A DNA stretch of 64,000 nucleotides from Candidatus Micrarchaeia archaeon. GTDB taxonomy: Archaea > Micrarchaeota > Micrarchaeia > Anstonellales > Anstonellaceae. A program made the translations under genes and the position numbers. Shown here piece after piece: positions 26,549 through 35,691 of this stretch (position 1 is the first letter of the stretch; each line of letters opens with the position of its first letter). Below the pieces are notes generated by a model. That model was given only the letters and a program-made list of their open reading frames with translations. It ran no database searches and had not been told where the DNA came from. The stretch is taken from contig JBAZYD010000009.1 of the NCBI GenBank assembly GCA_041659465.1, forward strand, positions 4,279-68,278. Reading direction: 5' to 3'.

Positions 26549-27322
26549 TCAGAGGTCGATGGCATCGCCGGAGCGTATCCGGATGACGTTGAGGGACTTG
26601 CCCATTTCATCAATCACTGCATCGCATACGCAGTGGGACGGGTAGATTTTGGCGATTTTCTCCTTTTTGAAATAATCGATTGTCTTGTGCGCGGCTTCGT
26701 TGTTCTCAAGCAGATGGAAGCCGCCGATTACCGCATGGACTTTTTTCATTCCGCTCGCCAGCTTTGAATATTCCATTATGTTGCATATTCCTGCGTGCGA
26801 GCAGCCTGCGATTACAACGAGCCCTTTCTTTGTTTTTATTGCCAGCGCGGAATCGCCCATGATGAAGTCGTCAGCGCCGCCATCGAGATAGAACTCGGTT
26901 GTTTTGGCTTCAAAGCCATTGAGGCGCGGTATTTCGCCAAGGAAGATGATGCCATCGCTGAGTTTGTAGGGTTTTTTGGTCAAGACAAGCCGGAACTGCT
27001 TTTTTGCCTCTGCAAGCGTTATCGGAGTGCCGTTGTATTGGTTGTCATTTTTCCTGAACCGCTTGGCAAAGCAGTCAGGGTGGCAGATTAGTTTCTTGCC
27101 TTTGATGAACTTCAAGCCATTGGTATGGTCCCAGTGCCCGTGGCTGAGAGCGATTGTGCCCACGCCACCCAAGTCAATGCCAAGCAAAGCTGCGTTCTTG
27201 GCAAATATGTCAGACGGGCCAACGTCAAAGAGTATTTTCTCCCCATCTTCTATCAGGAAGGAAAGCCCGTGCTCTGAGGGGCAAATGCCAGGCTTTTCAT
27301 CGTTAAGCACTGTGATGCGCAT
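26549..27322 (-). CDS. Metallo-beta-lactamase-fold hydrolase
   Basis: ALSHGHWDHTNGL (HxHxDH motif), ..IAGCSHAGI. Confidence 0.8.
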   Translation of the reverse strand: MRITVLNDEKPGICPSEHGLSFLIEDGEKILFDVGPSDIFAKNAALLGIDLGGVGTIALSHGHWDHTNGLKFIKGKKLICHPDCFAKRFRKNDNQYNGTPITLAEAKKQFRLVLTKKPYKLSDGIIFLGEIPRLNGFEAKTTEFYLDGGADDFIMGDSALAIKTKKGLVVIAGCSHAGICNIMEYSKLASGMKKVHAVIGGFHLLENNEAAHKTIDYFKKEKIAKIYPSHCVCDAVIDEMGKSLNVIRIRSGDAIDL

Positions 27323-27379
27323 GAGTAAAACTAGGAGGGGAAGAAATAAAAAGAAAAGTAAAAATGAAACATCATCGCG

Positions 27380-28315
27380 CTACTTCTTGGACATGCCATT
27401 AAGGAGCTTCTGAGCCGTGAATGGCAGCTTTTTTGTTTCCGAAAACATGGGTGGCGCGCCGGTCCGCTCCTTGTATTCATGCTCAAGAGAATGGACGATT
27501 TTGCCAAATTTGTGCTGGACATCATAATATGGGTCAAGAATGTCCATCACCGCATCCTGGTCTCTCCAAAGGGGAGTCTTTGCCAGCATGTTTGCCTTTT
27601 CAGCTACGCCTTTTTTCACAATAAGGTCTAATGGCCTGAGATTCTCCAAGAGAGAAAGGATGCTTCCATCTGAAACCATATCTTCGCCGAAATGCAGGGA
27701 TTCCAGAAGCCCAACCGCGCGCTTGAGCCGCCCAACATCCCCGGATTTTATCTCCGATATCACTTTTCGCATCATTTCTTCCGTTGCAAGCCCAGCGGGG
27801 TTGCTTGCATTGGCTTTGCCGCTGCCATTGGAATCGGCATAATAATGGCAATAATTCCTGAGGCAAACATCAAAAGACGGCATTTTGCCGTCATAGTCTA
27901 TGAAATTGCCTATGACATCGAACTCGGACATGTCCCCCTGCTTCAGCATGGTTTCAACCAGCAGTTGGGACTTGCCAAACCTTCCTTGCAGGGCGCCAGC
28001 GCCATCCATCTTGAACCAGGCATCTGTCAGCACGCGGTGCGCGCGCAACGATACAGTCTCATCGCCTGAAAAATAGATGTTGAGGATGTATTGCAGGTTG
28101 AATGGGTTCTTCCGGACAAGCGCCACCAGTTCGCGGTGATGCAGCGAGAACCATTTGTTGTCGCCCATGCGCAGCATGTTGTGCAGTTTCTCCTCCATTT
28201 CTTTTGAGTATTCGAATTGCGGCGCTTTTTGAAGCGCGCGGAGAAACTTGTCTTTTTCATCCCGTCCGAGAGAGTTAGCGCAGTTTTTGATGATGCGCTT
28301 GTTTGCCCCGCCCAT
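27380..28315 (-). CDS. Hypothetical protein
   Basis: 311 aa. GGTGGAT RBS and a TTTAAAT box about 40 nt upstream. No family recognised. Confidence 0.55.
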   Translation of the reverse strand: MGGANKRIIKNCANSLGRDEKDKFLRALQKAPQFEYSKEMEEKLHNMLRMGDNKWFSLHHRELVALVRKNPFNLQYILNIYFSGDETVSLRAHRVLTDAWFKMDGAGALQGRFGKSQLLVETMLKQGDMSEFDVIGNFIDYDGKMPSFDVCLRNYCHYYADSNGSGKANASNPAGLATEEMMRKVISEIKSGDVGRLKRAVGLLESLHFGEDMVSDGSILSLLENLRPLDLIVKKGVAEKANMLAKTPLWRDQDAVMDILDPYYDVQHKFGKIVHSLEHEYKERTGAPPMFSETKKLPFTAQKLLNGMSKK

Positions 28316-28336
28316 ATATCCACCGCATTTTTCTGG

Positions 28337-28361
28337 GGCAAAACGAATTTAAAGCAGTAGC
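28337..28361 (-). promoter_or_regulatory. Shared promoter block with TTTAAAT TATA box (copy 2)
   Basis: Identical 25-mer to 23817-23841, 22 nt upstream of ATG 28315. Confidence 0.65.
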
Positions 28362-28370
28362 TGAAGGTGG

Positions 28371-28420
28371 AAAATAAAGAAAAAGTAAATAAAAAATAAA
28401 GAAACTGGCTGTTGTCAGCC
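28371..28420 (-). terminator. Hairpin plus long T-rich tract after the ribosomal-protein operon
   Basis: Minus strand: GGCTG-acaa-CAGCC then agtttctttattttttatttactttttctttatttt, starting 3 nt after the P1 stop. Confidence 0.6.
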
Positions 28421-28422
28421 AA

Positions 28423-28731
28423 TTAACCAAAGAGCGAAGCAAGCCCCTCTGCCGCTGCAGCCTCCTGCTTGGCTGGGTCCTCCTTCTTCTCTTCCTTCTT
28501 GTGCTCGCCTGCGGGCGCTGCTGCCGGGGCCGCTGCCACCGGTGCCACCGCTGCCTTGAGGAGCTCCTCGAAGTTCACGCCCTTCACCGCCTCGACAAGC
28601 ACGGTTGCCTTCGCCTCGTTGGCGTCGGCGCCTGCTGCCTTGAGGACAGAGAGGAGCGAATCCTTGGTTATTTCCTTGCCTGCTCCCTGAAGGAGAAGGG
28701 CTGCGTGCAGATACGGGTCAATTTTCGTCAT
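28423..28731 (-). CDS. rpl12: 50S ribosomal stalk protein P1 (L12e)
   Basis: Ala/Pro hinge plus acidic tail ending ..EEKKEDPAKQEAAAAEGLASLFG. Confidence 0.92.
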   Translation of the reverse strand: MTKIDPYLHAALLLQGAGKEITKDSLLSVLKAAGADANEAKATVLVEAVKGVNFEELLKAAVAPVAAAPAAAPAGEHKKEEKKEDPAKQEAAAAEGLASLFG

Positions 28732-28750
28732 ATTATTACCTCCTACATTC

Positions 28751-29692
28751 TCACTGTTTTCCAGCTGGCGCAGCCGCGGTAGAAGCGTCCGCGGGTGCGT
28801 TTGACTGTGACTCTAAGTTCCCGGCTTTTGTGCCAAGCATGTTGCCAAGCACCACGGCCTGCGTCAGAAGCAACTCGGTCGATGCGGCCGAGTACACGCC
28901 GCCGTTTATCGCCATGTTCCTGCTCTGCGCGTAGGCGTTTGACAGGAGCGCGTCGATGTTCTGCGAAGTCGGGAAAGATGCGTTGTATGACACGTTGAAA
29001 CTCTGCGCGAGACTCTCCACGAGGTCTGCGTGAAGCTGGTGCTCGTCGATGTCCAATATGGTGCCGGTGTAGGTGAACTTGCCGTCGTAGGCAGCCACCA
29101 TATTGACCATTGCCTCGAAAGGCAGGACGTTTAGCTTCTGGAGCGCCTTGCAGACGTTCTCGGTGATTTTTGCGCCCTTCTTGGCGACCACCGAGTCCTT
29201 TGCAATGATGATTTTCCCGCCCTTTATCTGTGCGTTTATACCGGCGCCTTTCAGCTCGGACAATGCGGGGCCTGGCATGAGGTCGGTTTCGCCCTCGTGC
29301 ACTATGATGTCAAAGGTCGCTATCTGCCCTGGCTTTGCCGCAACGGAAGTCTTGTTGTCCTTGAAGAACTTGAACAGCTGGTAGGGGGACATGCTTGTGA
29401 AGACCAGCGCCGTCGGGAAGTCGATGTGCCCTGAAAGCTCCTTGCTTTTCTTGGAAGCGTCAAGCGCGCGGATGAGGGTGGAGTTCCTTGCCACCAGGAA
29501 TTCAGCCTGGCCGCGCAGCTGCTTCTTGCTCTTCTGGAGTATCCTGTCAGGGAGGTTCCTGATGTTCAGGAGCGCTACATTGGGGTACTTGCCTGCGACT
29601 TTGGTGATTGCAATCACGTTTTCCTTCTTTCCCGCGATTGCAACGCTTTCCTTCTTCTCGCGGACTGCCTTCAGTTTTTTCTTTGTCATCAT
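28751..29692 (-). CDS. rplP0: 50S ribosomal stalk protein P0 (uL10)
   Basis: Position between L1 and P1. ..YPNVALLNIRNLPDRILQKSKKQLRG.AEFLVARNSTLIRAL.. ATG 29692 is preceded by GGGTG. Confidence 0.88.
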   Translation of the reverse strand: MMTKKKLKAVREKKESVAIAGKKENVIAITKVAGKYPNVALLNIRNLPDRILQKSKKQLRGQAEFLVARNSTLIRALDASKKSKELSGHIDFPTALVFTSMSPYQLFKFFKDNKTSVAAKPGQIATFDIIVHEGETDLMPGPALSELKGAGINAQIKGGKIIIAKDSVVAKKGAKITENVCKALQKLNVLPFEAMVNMVAAYDGKFTYTGTILDIDEHQLHADLVESLAQSFNVSYNASFPTSQNIDALLSNAYAQSRNMAINGGVYSAASTELLLTQAVVLGNMLGTKAGNLESQSNAPADASTAAAPAGKQ

Positions 29693-29700
29693 AAACACCC

Positions 29701-30333
29701 TTATGCGACCTTGATGGGCGCGCCCATTGTAAGCTTCACATATATTGATTTTATGCTGGGCTCTGTTGCCTTTGCCTGCACCTTGTCATACACTGCGTTG
29801 AAGTTCTCCACGAGGTCTGCTACCGGCATTGCCTCGCTGCCTATGAGGCACTGCGCAACAGGGAGATATTTTCCCTTGGAAACCATGCGCACACGGCTCC
29901 TTGCCTGCGCGATTGCGTCTTTTACGTTGCCAACCACCGGGCGGGGAAGCCTTCCTCGGGCGCCCAGCACCTGCCCGAGCGACTTTCCGACCTGTATCAT
30001 CAGGCTGGGCTGTGCTATGAATTCGCATGATTTTGACATTATTGCAAGCTTGCCCTTGTCGGATGCCAGCTTGGCAATGCCTGCGCCATCTATCACTTCG
30101 GCTGCGCCGCCGTTCTTGGCATCAAGCGCCATTTGCCCGTCGGCGAATGCGATGACTTTTTGCTCCTTGCCCTTGCCCTTTGGCAGTATGATGTCAAGGT
30201 TCAGGCGGTTTTCGGCCTTGGTGAAGTCAATGCCGCGGAAGTTCACTATCATCTCTAGGGATTGCGTGAACTTGCGCTTGCCCTTTGCCTCCAGGGCTTT
30301 GTTTATCGCTTCCGTTATCGTCTTCTTGTCCAT
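29701..30333 (-). CDS. rpl1: 50S ribosomal protein L1 (uL1)
   Basis: ..KRKFTQSLEMIVNFRGIDFTK..NRLNLDIILPKGKGKE.KV..F. Confidence 0.9.
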   Translation of the reverse strand: MDKKTITEAINKALEAKGKRKFTQSLEMIVNFRGIDFTKAENRLNLDIILPKGKGKEQKVIAFADGQMALDAKNGGAAEVIDGAGIAKLASDKGKLAIMSKSCEFIAQPSLMIQVGKSLGQVLGARGRLPRPVVGNVKDAIAQARSRVRMVSKGKYLPVAQCLIGSEAMPVADLVENFNAVYDKVQAKATEPSIKSIYVKLTMGAPIKVA

Positions 30334-30433
30334 TTAAGTCCCTCCCAATTCATCAAGAATTGGTGTACGGCGGGAAAAGCCGTTTGTAATCGTCTGTGGC
30401 TCTCATTAAACATGGAAATGGTTAAAAAGGTTG

Positions 30434-31579
30434 CTAATTTCCCTGCAGCAGCCCGCCCACAACCCCATTCACTTTCCGAAACGCCTGGTCCAGGCGGGCA
30501 AGCTCAGCAAGCATTTCCTTTTCAAGCTCCTCCCTTGGCCAGAAGCCAGGCAGCGGGGCGGCAGAGGCATATTGCACAAGCTCCGATGGCTTTTCCAGGA
30601 GGCCTGCGCTGGCTTCAGAGAGCATTTTGGTGGATTTGAGAAGGCTGGAAAGGAGCGCCGGGCTTTCGCCAAGGAAGCCGAAGCTCTGGTATATTTGGGT
30701 CAGCCGCTGCCTCTTCGCTTCCAGCAGCGCAGCCAGCCTGGAAACCGCGCTGTCAAAAGCTTCCTTGGGGACAGTTGCCCAGTTTCCGGCATGTTCGCCC
30801 AGGAATTTTTGCAAGCCCCGCATGATCGTTCCATCCGTATCCGCCTGGCGCAGGATATCCAGGGAATATGACACCGCCGCTTTTTGGTTGGGATTGCTGG
30901 ATTGGCTGCCGCTTATTTTCAGGATGTTCCTTATGAAATCGCTGGGAAAGTCGCGCGCGGTGATGGCGTATGCGTGCCTCTCGGTAATCCTCATCACGGC
31001 GTCCGGGACGCGGCTGCTGGAAACGCCCGGGATTGATTCCGGGAAAAACGAGAGCGTGTTGTGCAGCTCGTACACGCCGATTGCGCGCTCGAACTCCATG
31101 TGGGTTTTCTCATGCGCCATCAGCCCTTCCTTGGTGTGCCGGCCTTCTTCCCTAAATACCCTGTCGGAAGCCAGGTAAATCCTGTCCAGGTAGCCCTTGC
31201 CAGTATAGGGCAGCCCTTTTTTGAAGATGGGATTGACCGGCTCGGCTATGAAAACCCCGCCATTGCCGCCCAGCGGAGGGAGTATCCTGAAAACCTGCTT
31301 TACCTCGACCCCTTTCCTGCTCACCTCGGGCGCGAATATGTCGACATCCGCCCTATAGGCATTGCCAAGTATGGTGTGGTGCGCGATGCAGGCCCTCTCG
31401 CGGTATTTTTCCCCCAGCTGCCAGAAAATGGCGATTGCCAGTGGCTTGCCGGGGTTTTTGTGCGCATCCAGGCTGTAAAGAAGCTCGTTCCTCATTGATT
31501 TCAAAAGGGAGGATTTCCTGAATTCCGCCGTGCGAAGCGCCCTTGCCCTTATTTCGCGCTTGAGGTATGGCAGCAGCAT
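30434..31579 (-). CDS. Hypothetical protein with an HExxH motif (possible metallopeptidase)
   Basis: 381 aa. ..EGLMAHEKTHMEFERAIG.. No other family features recognised. Confidence 0.55.
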   Translation of the reverse strand: MLLPYLKREIRARALRTAEFRKSSLLKSMRNELLYSLDAHKNPGKPLAIAIFWQLGEKYRERACIAHHTILGNAYRADVDIFAPEVSRKGVEVKQVFRILPPLGGNGGVFIAEPVNPIFKKGLPYTGKGYLDRIYLASDRVFREEGRHTKEGLMAHEKTHMEFERAIGVYELHNTLSFFPESIPGVSSSRVPDAVMRITERHAYAITARDFPSDFIRNILKISGSQSSNPNQKAAVSYSLDILRQADTDGTIMRGLQKFLGEHAGNWATVPKEAFDSAVSRLAALLEAKRQRLTQIYQSFGFLGESPALLSSLLKSTKMLSEASAGLLEKPSELVQYASAAPLPGFWPREELEKEMLAELARLDQAFRKVNGVVGGLLQGN

Positions 31580-31590
31580 GGGGAATCGCC

Positions 31591-33777
31591 TCAGCGTTTC
31601 CTCTTTGCCTTCTTCGCCGGTGTTTTTGCCGCAGGCTTCCCTGCCCTGGCGGGCGCCTTTTTGGCAGGGGCTCTTGCCAACGCCTTGCGCGCAGGCGCTT
31701 TTGCAGCTGGCTTTGGCTTTTTCGCCATCTTCGCCTTGCGCGCCGCTTTTGCCGCGCGCTTCCTTGCCCGCGAGCGCGCGATGATTTTCGTGATGCCTAT
31801 CGGCGAAGGCTCGGATGCCTTCTGATTAGGGGCTGAAAATTGCGTGCGCGCGGGAAGGCTTTCTGCCCTGCCGCCGATGACCTGCGCAATCATTTGCGCG
31901 ACCTGCGAGCGGTTGGACGAGATGTCGGAGAGCGCGGTGAACGTCTCCATGCGCTGCTCGAACTTGCCGGCGTTCTCAGGCGCGCGCGATTGAGTTTCAA
32001 AGAGGTAGGAAATCTTCTTCCCTTCCTCGAAGAGCGACTCGAGCTTCTTCCTCTCCTCTGCGATGCGCGCGTCTATGTCGCCTTCAGCCTTCCTTGCCTG
32101 GCCGAACTCGAACGAGTAGCTTTCCGTAAGGCTGCGAAGCTCTCTGAGGTAGCGGCGCACGAAAGAAGCCTCCACGGATTCGCGCAGCGTCTCGAATTCC
32201 GTGTTGCCGTTCTTGATGTAATCGTCAATCTCCAGCATCCTTGCGTCATAGTCCTTGCGTATGCCGTTTGCGTATTCCTCAATCTGGCGCATGGAGCCCA
32301 TCTGGCGCTCAAGGTCGGAAAGCACGCGCTTGGCAGACGCCACCTCGCGCTTCATCTCGCCGATGCTCTCGCCTATCTCGCCGCGCAGCGCGCGCAGGTC
32401 GTTTGCATGCGCTTCGGCGGATGCCAGCCTTTCAGCCTGCTCTGCAAGCGCAGCGCGGGCGGCTGAGACGCTGCTTGCGGCCGCGCCCTCCATCTCCCCT
32501 ATCCGCTTCATGGTGTCGTGAAGCTCGCCTGACATTGAGGAGTGGCGCGAGAGTTCCTCGCGGCTCTGCTCGAGTATGAGCTCCATCTTTTCCCGCTCCT
32601 CGGCAAGCTGCCTGCCCGATTCCTCAAGGAGCACGCACGCCTCGTCGTAGGCGCGGCGCATCTCGCCGTGCGCCTTTATGGACGATATCTGCACCTTCTC
32701 GACCGAGCCTATCTTCGCAGGCAGGTCGGCGGCGTTTTTCTGCAGCGCCGCCACCTTGCTTTGCACGTGGAGCACGCGGTCGGAGATTGTCTCAAGCTCG
32801 GACTCGAGCCTGTTCTGTAAGGGAATATAATGGTCTGAAAGGAGCTTTTCCTTTTCCTGCCGCAGCGCGTCTATCTCGCGCGCCTGGCGCTCTATCCGCT
32901 TCATCTGGCGCTCGATGCGCTCGGAGAATTGGAGCGTGACGCCGGTTATTTCGAGAGGCGCAGGCTTTTTCAGCTTTTCGAATTTGACAGGCTTGGCGCC
33001 AGCATGGCGGAACTTGGGGCGGATGGCGCTTTTTGACGGGAATGAGATGCGCCCGCGGGAAGCCTTTTCCTCGCCGCGCCAGCTTTCGCGCGCGGCGTCT
33101 TCGCCTTCGCTTTCCTGCTCCAGCCGCCATTTCTCGCGCACTTCTGCATCCGGGGCGAGCTTTCGCGCCTCTTCCTCAATCTCCTGCGCGCTGATGGCAG
33201 CCCCCTCGCTTTCCTCGAGCGGCTCGCGCTCAAATGCCGCCGCCTTGGGGGAGATTTCGGTTGCCACTGTTTCCTCGGACTCGGCCGCCCTGCGCCTTGC
33301 CGCGTTGATGATGCTCTCCTCTTTCCTCGCCTTAAGCTCGCCAATCATCCTGTCCACGCGCTCAAGGCGCGCATCTGCAACGTCGACGGCGGCTGAAACC
33401 GGAACCTCGCTTTCGGCAATGGGCGTGCCGCTTTTCTTTTTTACTGGAATCCCTGCGGCATCGTCCTCGCGCTGGTGCGCAACCTCGATGTCCGCCTCAA
33501 AAGCAGCCTGCCTGCCCACGTCGATTGCGGTCGGGGAAACTTCCTGGGCGCTTTTCTTTTCTTCCGCCGCGCCCAGCCATGAAGCGTGGATGCCGTTGAA
33601 GCGGTTTTCAATTTTAACCTGCCCGGATTTCTCAAGCACGTGGAGCCACTTCACGACCTCGCGCTCCTGCATCCCGCAAATCGAGGCTATCCGGGCTGCG
33701 CTGAGGGGCTTGCTTGCATCCTTCAGGGTTGAGAGGAGAACGTCGAAATGCGTTTCTATGAAGTGTTCCTCTCCCAT
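31591..33777 (-). CDS. wHTH / long coiled-coil / Lys-Ala-rich basic-tail protein
   Basis: N-terminus ..LSAARIASICGMQEREVVKWLHVLEKSGQVKIE (wHTH-like). About 500 aa are heptad-rich. The tail is ARSRARKRAAKAARKAKMAKKPKPAAKAPARKALARAPAKKAPARAGKPAAKTPAKKAKRKR. Confidence 0.7.
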   Translation of the reverse strand: MGEEHFIETHFDVLLSTLKDASKPLSAARIASICGMQEREVVKWLHVLEKSGQVKIENRFNGIHASWLGAAEEKKSAQEVSPTAIDVGRQAAFEADIEVAHQREDDAAGIPVKKKSGTPIAESEVPVSAAVDVADARLERVDRMIGELKARKEESIINAARRRAAESEETVATEISPKAAAFEREPLEESEGAAISAQEIEEEARKLAPDAEVREKWRLEQESEGEDAARESWRGEEKASRGRISFPSKSAIRPKFRHAGAKPVKFEKLKKPAPLEITGVTLQFSERIERQMKRIERQAREIDALRQEKEKLLSDHYIPLQNRLESELETISDRVLHVQSKVAALQKNAADLPAKIGSVEKVQISSIKAHGEMRRAYDEACVLLEESGRQLAEEREKMELILEQSREELSRHSSMSGELHDTMKRIGEMEGAAASSVSAARAALAEQAERLASAEAHANDLRALRGEIGESIGEMKREVASAKRVLSDLERQMGSMRQIEEYANGIRKDYDARMLEIDDYIKNGNTEFETLRESVEASFVRRYLRELRSLTESYSFEFGQARKAEGDIDARIAEERKKLESLFEEGKKISYLFETQSRAPENAGKFEQRMETFTALSDISSNRSQVAQMIAQVIGGRAESLPARTQFSAPNQKASEPSPIGITKIIARSRARKRAAKAARKAKMAKKPKPAAKAPARKALARAPAKKAPARAGKPAAKTPAKKAKRKR

Positions 33778-33785
33778 AATACCCC

Positions 33786-34322
33786 CTAGGATGACCGTGG
33801 CTTAAACGGAGATTGGCGGATGGTGAAGCTCCCGCACATCTTGAGCTTGGCGCGCCTGAATGCGTCCATGAGGAAAGGCACGTTCGCCTTGGCTATGTCG
33901 ACAGTGAAGACTTCCTGCCCCTTGTGTATCCTTGCAGCGCGGTCTGTCGCCCTGCCGTATGCCTTGCGCATGCCTTTTTGGAGACGGTCGGCGCCTGCGC
34001 CGGCAATCATCTTGTTCTCGCGGATGACGTTGTGCGGGTACACCCTCACCTTGAAGAAGTACTGGTTCAGGATGGTTTTCTCCAGGTACTTGTTCGCAGC
34101 CTGGCGCCCGGCCTCGAGCGAGTTGTCGCGCAGCTGGATGTCGTAGTCAGCCACCATGTCGTAGGTGTAGTCGTACTTGCCCTTGCGGTCCCCCATCTCG
34201 TAGACGAGGAGCGACAGGTGGGGCATTGCCTTGACAAAGGATTTGCGCGGCCTTCTCTTCGAGTAGCGCGCCCATGGCTGCTTTGCAAGCGTCCTGCATG
34301 TTTTTGCCGGTCTAAGTCCCAT
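33786..34322 (-). CDS. rpl10e: 50S ribosomal protein L10e (uL16)
   Basis: ..RVYPHNVIRENKMIAGAGADRLQKGMR.AYG... Confidence 0.9.
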   Translation of the reverse strand: MGLRPAKTCRTLAKQPWARYSKRRPRKSFVKAMPHLSLLVYEMGDRKGKYDYTYDMVADYDIQLRDNSLEAGRQAANKYLEKTILNQYFFKVRVYPHNVIRENKMIAGAGADRLQKGMRKAYGRATDRAARIHKGQEVFTVDIAKANVPFLMDAFRRAKLKMCGSFTIRQSPFKPRSS

Positions 34323-34450
34323 AATGACACCTCAGTGAACTCCACGTGCGCGCATTTGCAGCGCATTTGATAAGTAGGAGTGTCTGAGATACTTACGAAC
34401 TGTTTAATAACTTTTCTCCCGCACGGGCTGTAATGTGTACAGAAGTGTAT

Positions 34451-34765
34451 TTAAACGCTTCTTCCACTCTTGCCCATTTCTTTCTTCAGAAGCAGCCGTT
34501 TTCTCTTTGTGCCCCCTATTGCCGAGTAGCCGCCAAGCCCGCCGTCGCTTCGGAGCACGCGGTGGCACGGGATGATGGGTGCGAGCGGGTTTATTGCAAG
34601 CGCATTGCCCACAGCGCGCGCTGAGCGCGGCTTGCCAATCCTGCGCGCAAGCTCGGCGTAAGTAATTGTCCTGCCTTTCGGGATGCGCGCGCATTCAAGA
34701 AGAACTGCGCGCTGGAAGGGAGTGAGGCGAGCAAGCTTTGCCTTTTGCTTTGCGGTAAGTTCCAT
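34451..34765 (-). CDS. ogt: Methylated-DNA-protein-cysteine methyltransferase (C-terminal domain only)
   Basis: ..IPKGRTITYAELA...G.P.SARAVGNALAINPLAPIIPCHRVL has the PCHR active site. Start trimmed to ATG 34765. Confidence 0.85.
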   Translation of the reverse strand: MELTAKQKAKLARLTPFQRAVLLECARIPKGRTITYAELARRIGKPRSARAVGNALAINPLAPIIPCHRVLRSDGGLGGYSAIGGTKRKRLLLKKEMGKSGRSV

Positions 34766-34767
34766 GC

Positions 34768-35676
34768 TTATCCCTCCACCCTCAAGTGATAAAAACCGTC
34801 GTCCTCCACTATTGCGTCGTTGCTTTTCTTTTCCACGTAGTCCAGCTTTCCAGCCTCGTCCGTAAATTCCAGCGGCATGCCCATCACGCGCTCGCAGTAT
34901 GCTTTTTGCGGCTCGACCTGCGAGGAAAAGCCGGAGGCGGCAAGCGCGGAGGAAAGCTGCAGGAAGTTCAGGTCGACCGTTATTTGCTCTCCGTACTTTC
35001 GCGCGACAAGGCGGTTCCACTCCTCGATATCCATGGAGAAGATGTCATCCGCGGTGTAGAAGCCATAGTCGAATATGTCCGCGCAAAAGCCGGGTTTTCC
35101 GCAGCTGCAAAGCGAGCGCAGGAATTTCTCTGCAACAAATGAGAACGGGATTTGCCTGCCGTCCTCTATGCGGGAAAGGAATTTCTGCACAAAGACGTTT
35201 GAGGTGGGCGCGCTGTTCCCTTTGCGCGCGTAAATCTCGGCAGGAAGGTCTGAGAGGAGCTCGTTTATCCGGCAGTAGTCAAATGGCATAGATGGAAGCT
35301 CGTGCACGGCATCGAAAATGTGGAACTCGCAGATGCTTTCGTGCTGCGCAAGGTTCCTGCGCGCGTCCGCAATCATTTTTTCGGAAATGTCAAACAGGTG
35401 GTAGCGTATGCGGCTGTAAAGCGATGGTGCGCGCGCCTTCACCTCAGACAGGAAGTTTTTTGCAAAGTCGCCCCTGCCGATGCCGTATTCGCAAACAACG
35501 ATTTCGCCCCCCATGCCTTCAAAATCGCGCGCAAACTCCATTGCATTGCACGTTGCGAGGGACCTGCCTTGCGCGAAGGTGGAGAAAACGCCGTAGATAT
35601 CCTTGCCCTTGGAAGAATAGTATTCCCGGTTCGCATCAGCCATGCTGTTTTCTGCATTTTTGCTTTTTGCGGACAT
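34768..35676 (-). CDS. Class I SAM-dependent methyltransferase (substrate unknown)
   Basis: IVVCEYGIGRGDF glycine-rich motif I and an acidic motif II (HLFDIS). Confidence 0.6.
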   Translation of the reverse strand: MSAKSKNAENSMADANREYYSSKGKDIYGVFSTFAQGRSLATCNAMEFARDFEGMGGEIVVCEYGIGRGDFAKNFLSEVKARAPSLYSRIRYHLFDISEKMIADARRNLAQHESICEFHIFDAVHELPSMPFDYCRINELLSDLPAEIYARKGNSAPTSNVFVQKFLSRIEDGRQIPFSFVAEKFLRSLCSCGKPGFCADIFDYGFYTADDIFSMDIEEWNRLVARKYGEQITVDLNFLQLSSALAASGFSSQVEPQKAYCERVMGMPLEFTDEAGKLDYVEKKSNDAIVEDDGFYHLRVEG

Positions 35677-35691
35677 TGCAACCAGCCCGAA

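Noticed and set aside
18811-28422. Calling the accessory stretch a defined mobile element or prophage.
   Set aside because: No integrase, transposase, capsid, terminase or replication gene is recognisable by eye. Only att-like repeats and compositional patchiness support mobility. It is reported as a finding, not as a mobile_element feature.
32915-33805. Long plus-strand ORFs opposite recognised minus-strand genes: 32915-33805, 35302-36183, 37280-38119, 47539-48801, 59064-60119, and 60275-61192(-).
   Set aside because: They overlap well-supported genes (coiled-coil protein, LysRS, DnaJ, DnaK, beta-CASP RNase, wHTH-TM protein) on the opposite strand. Their composition is Ser/Ala/Arg/Pro-biased and they lack motifs.
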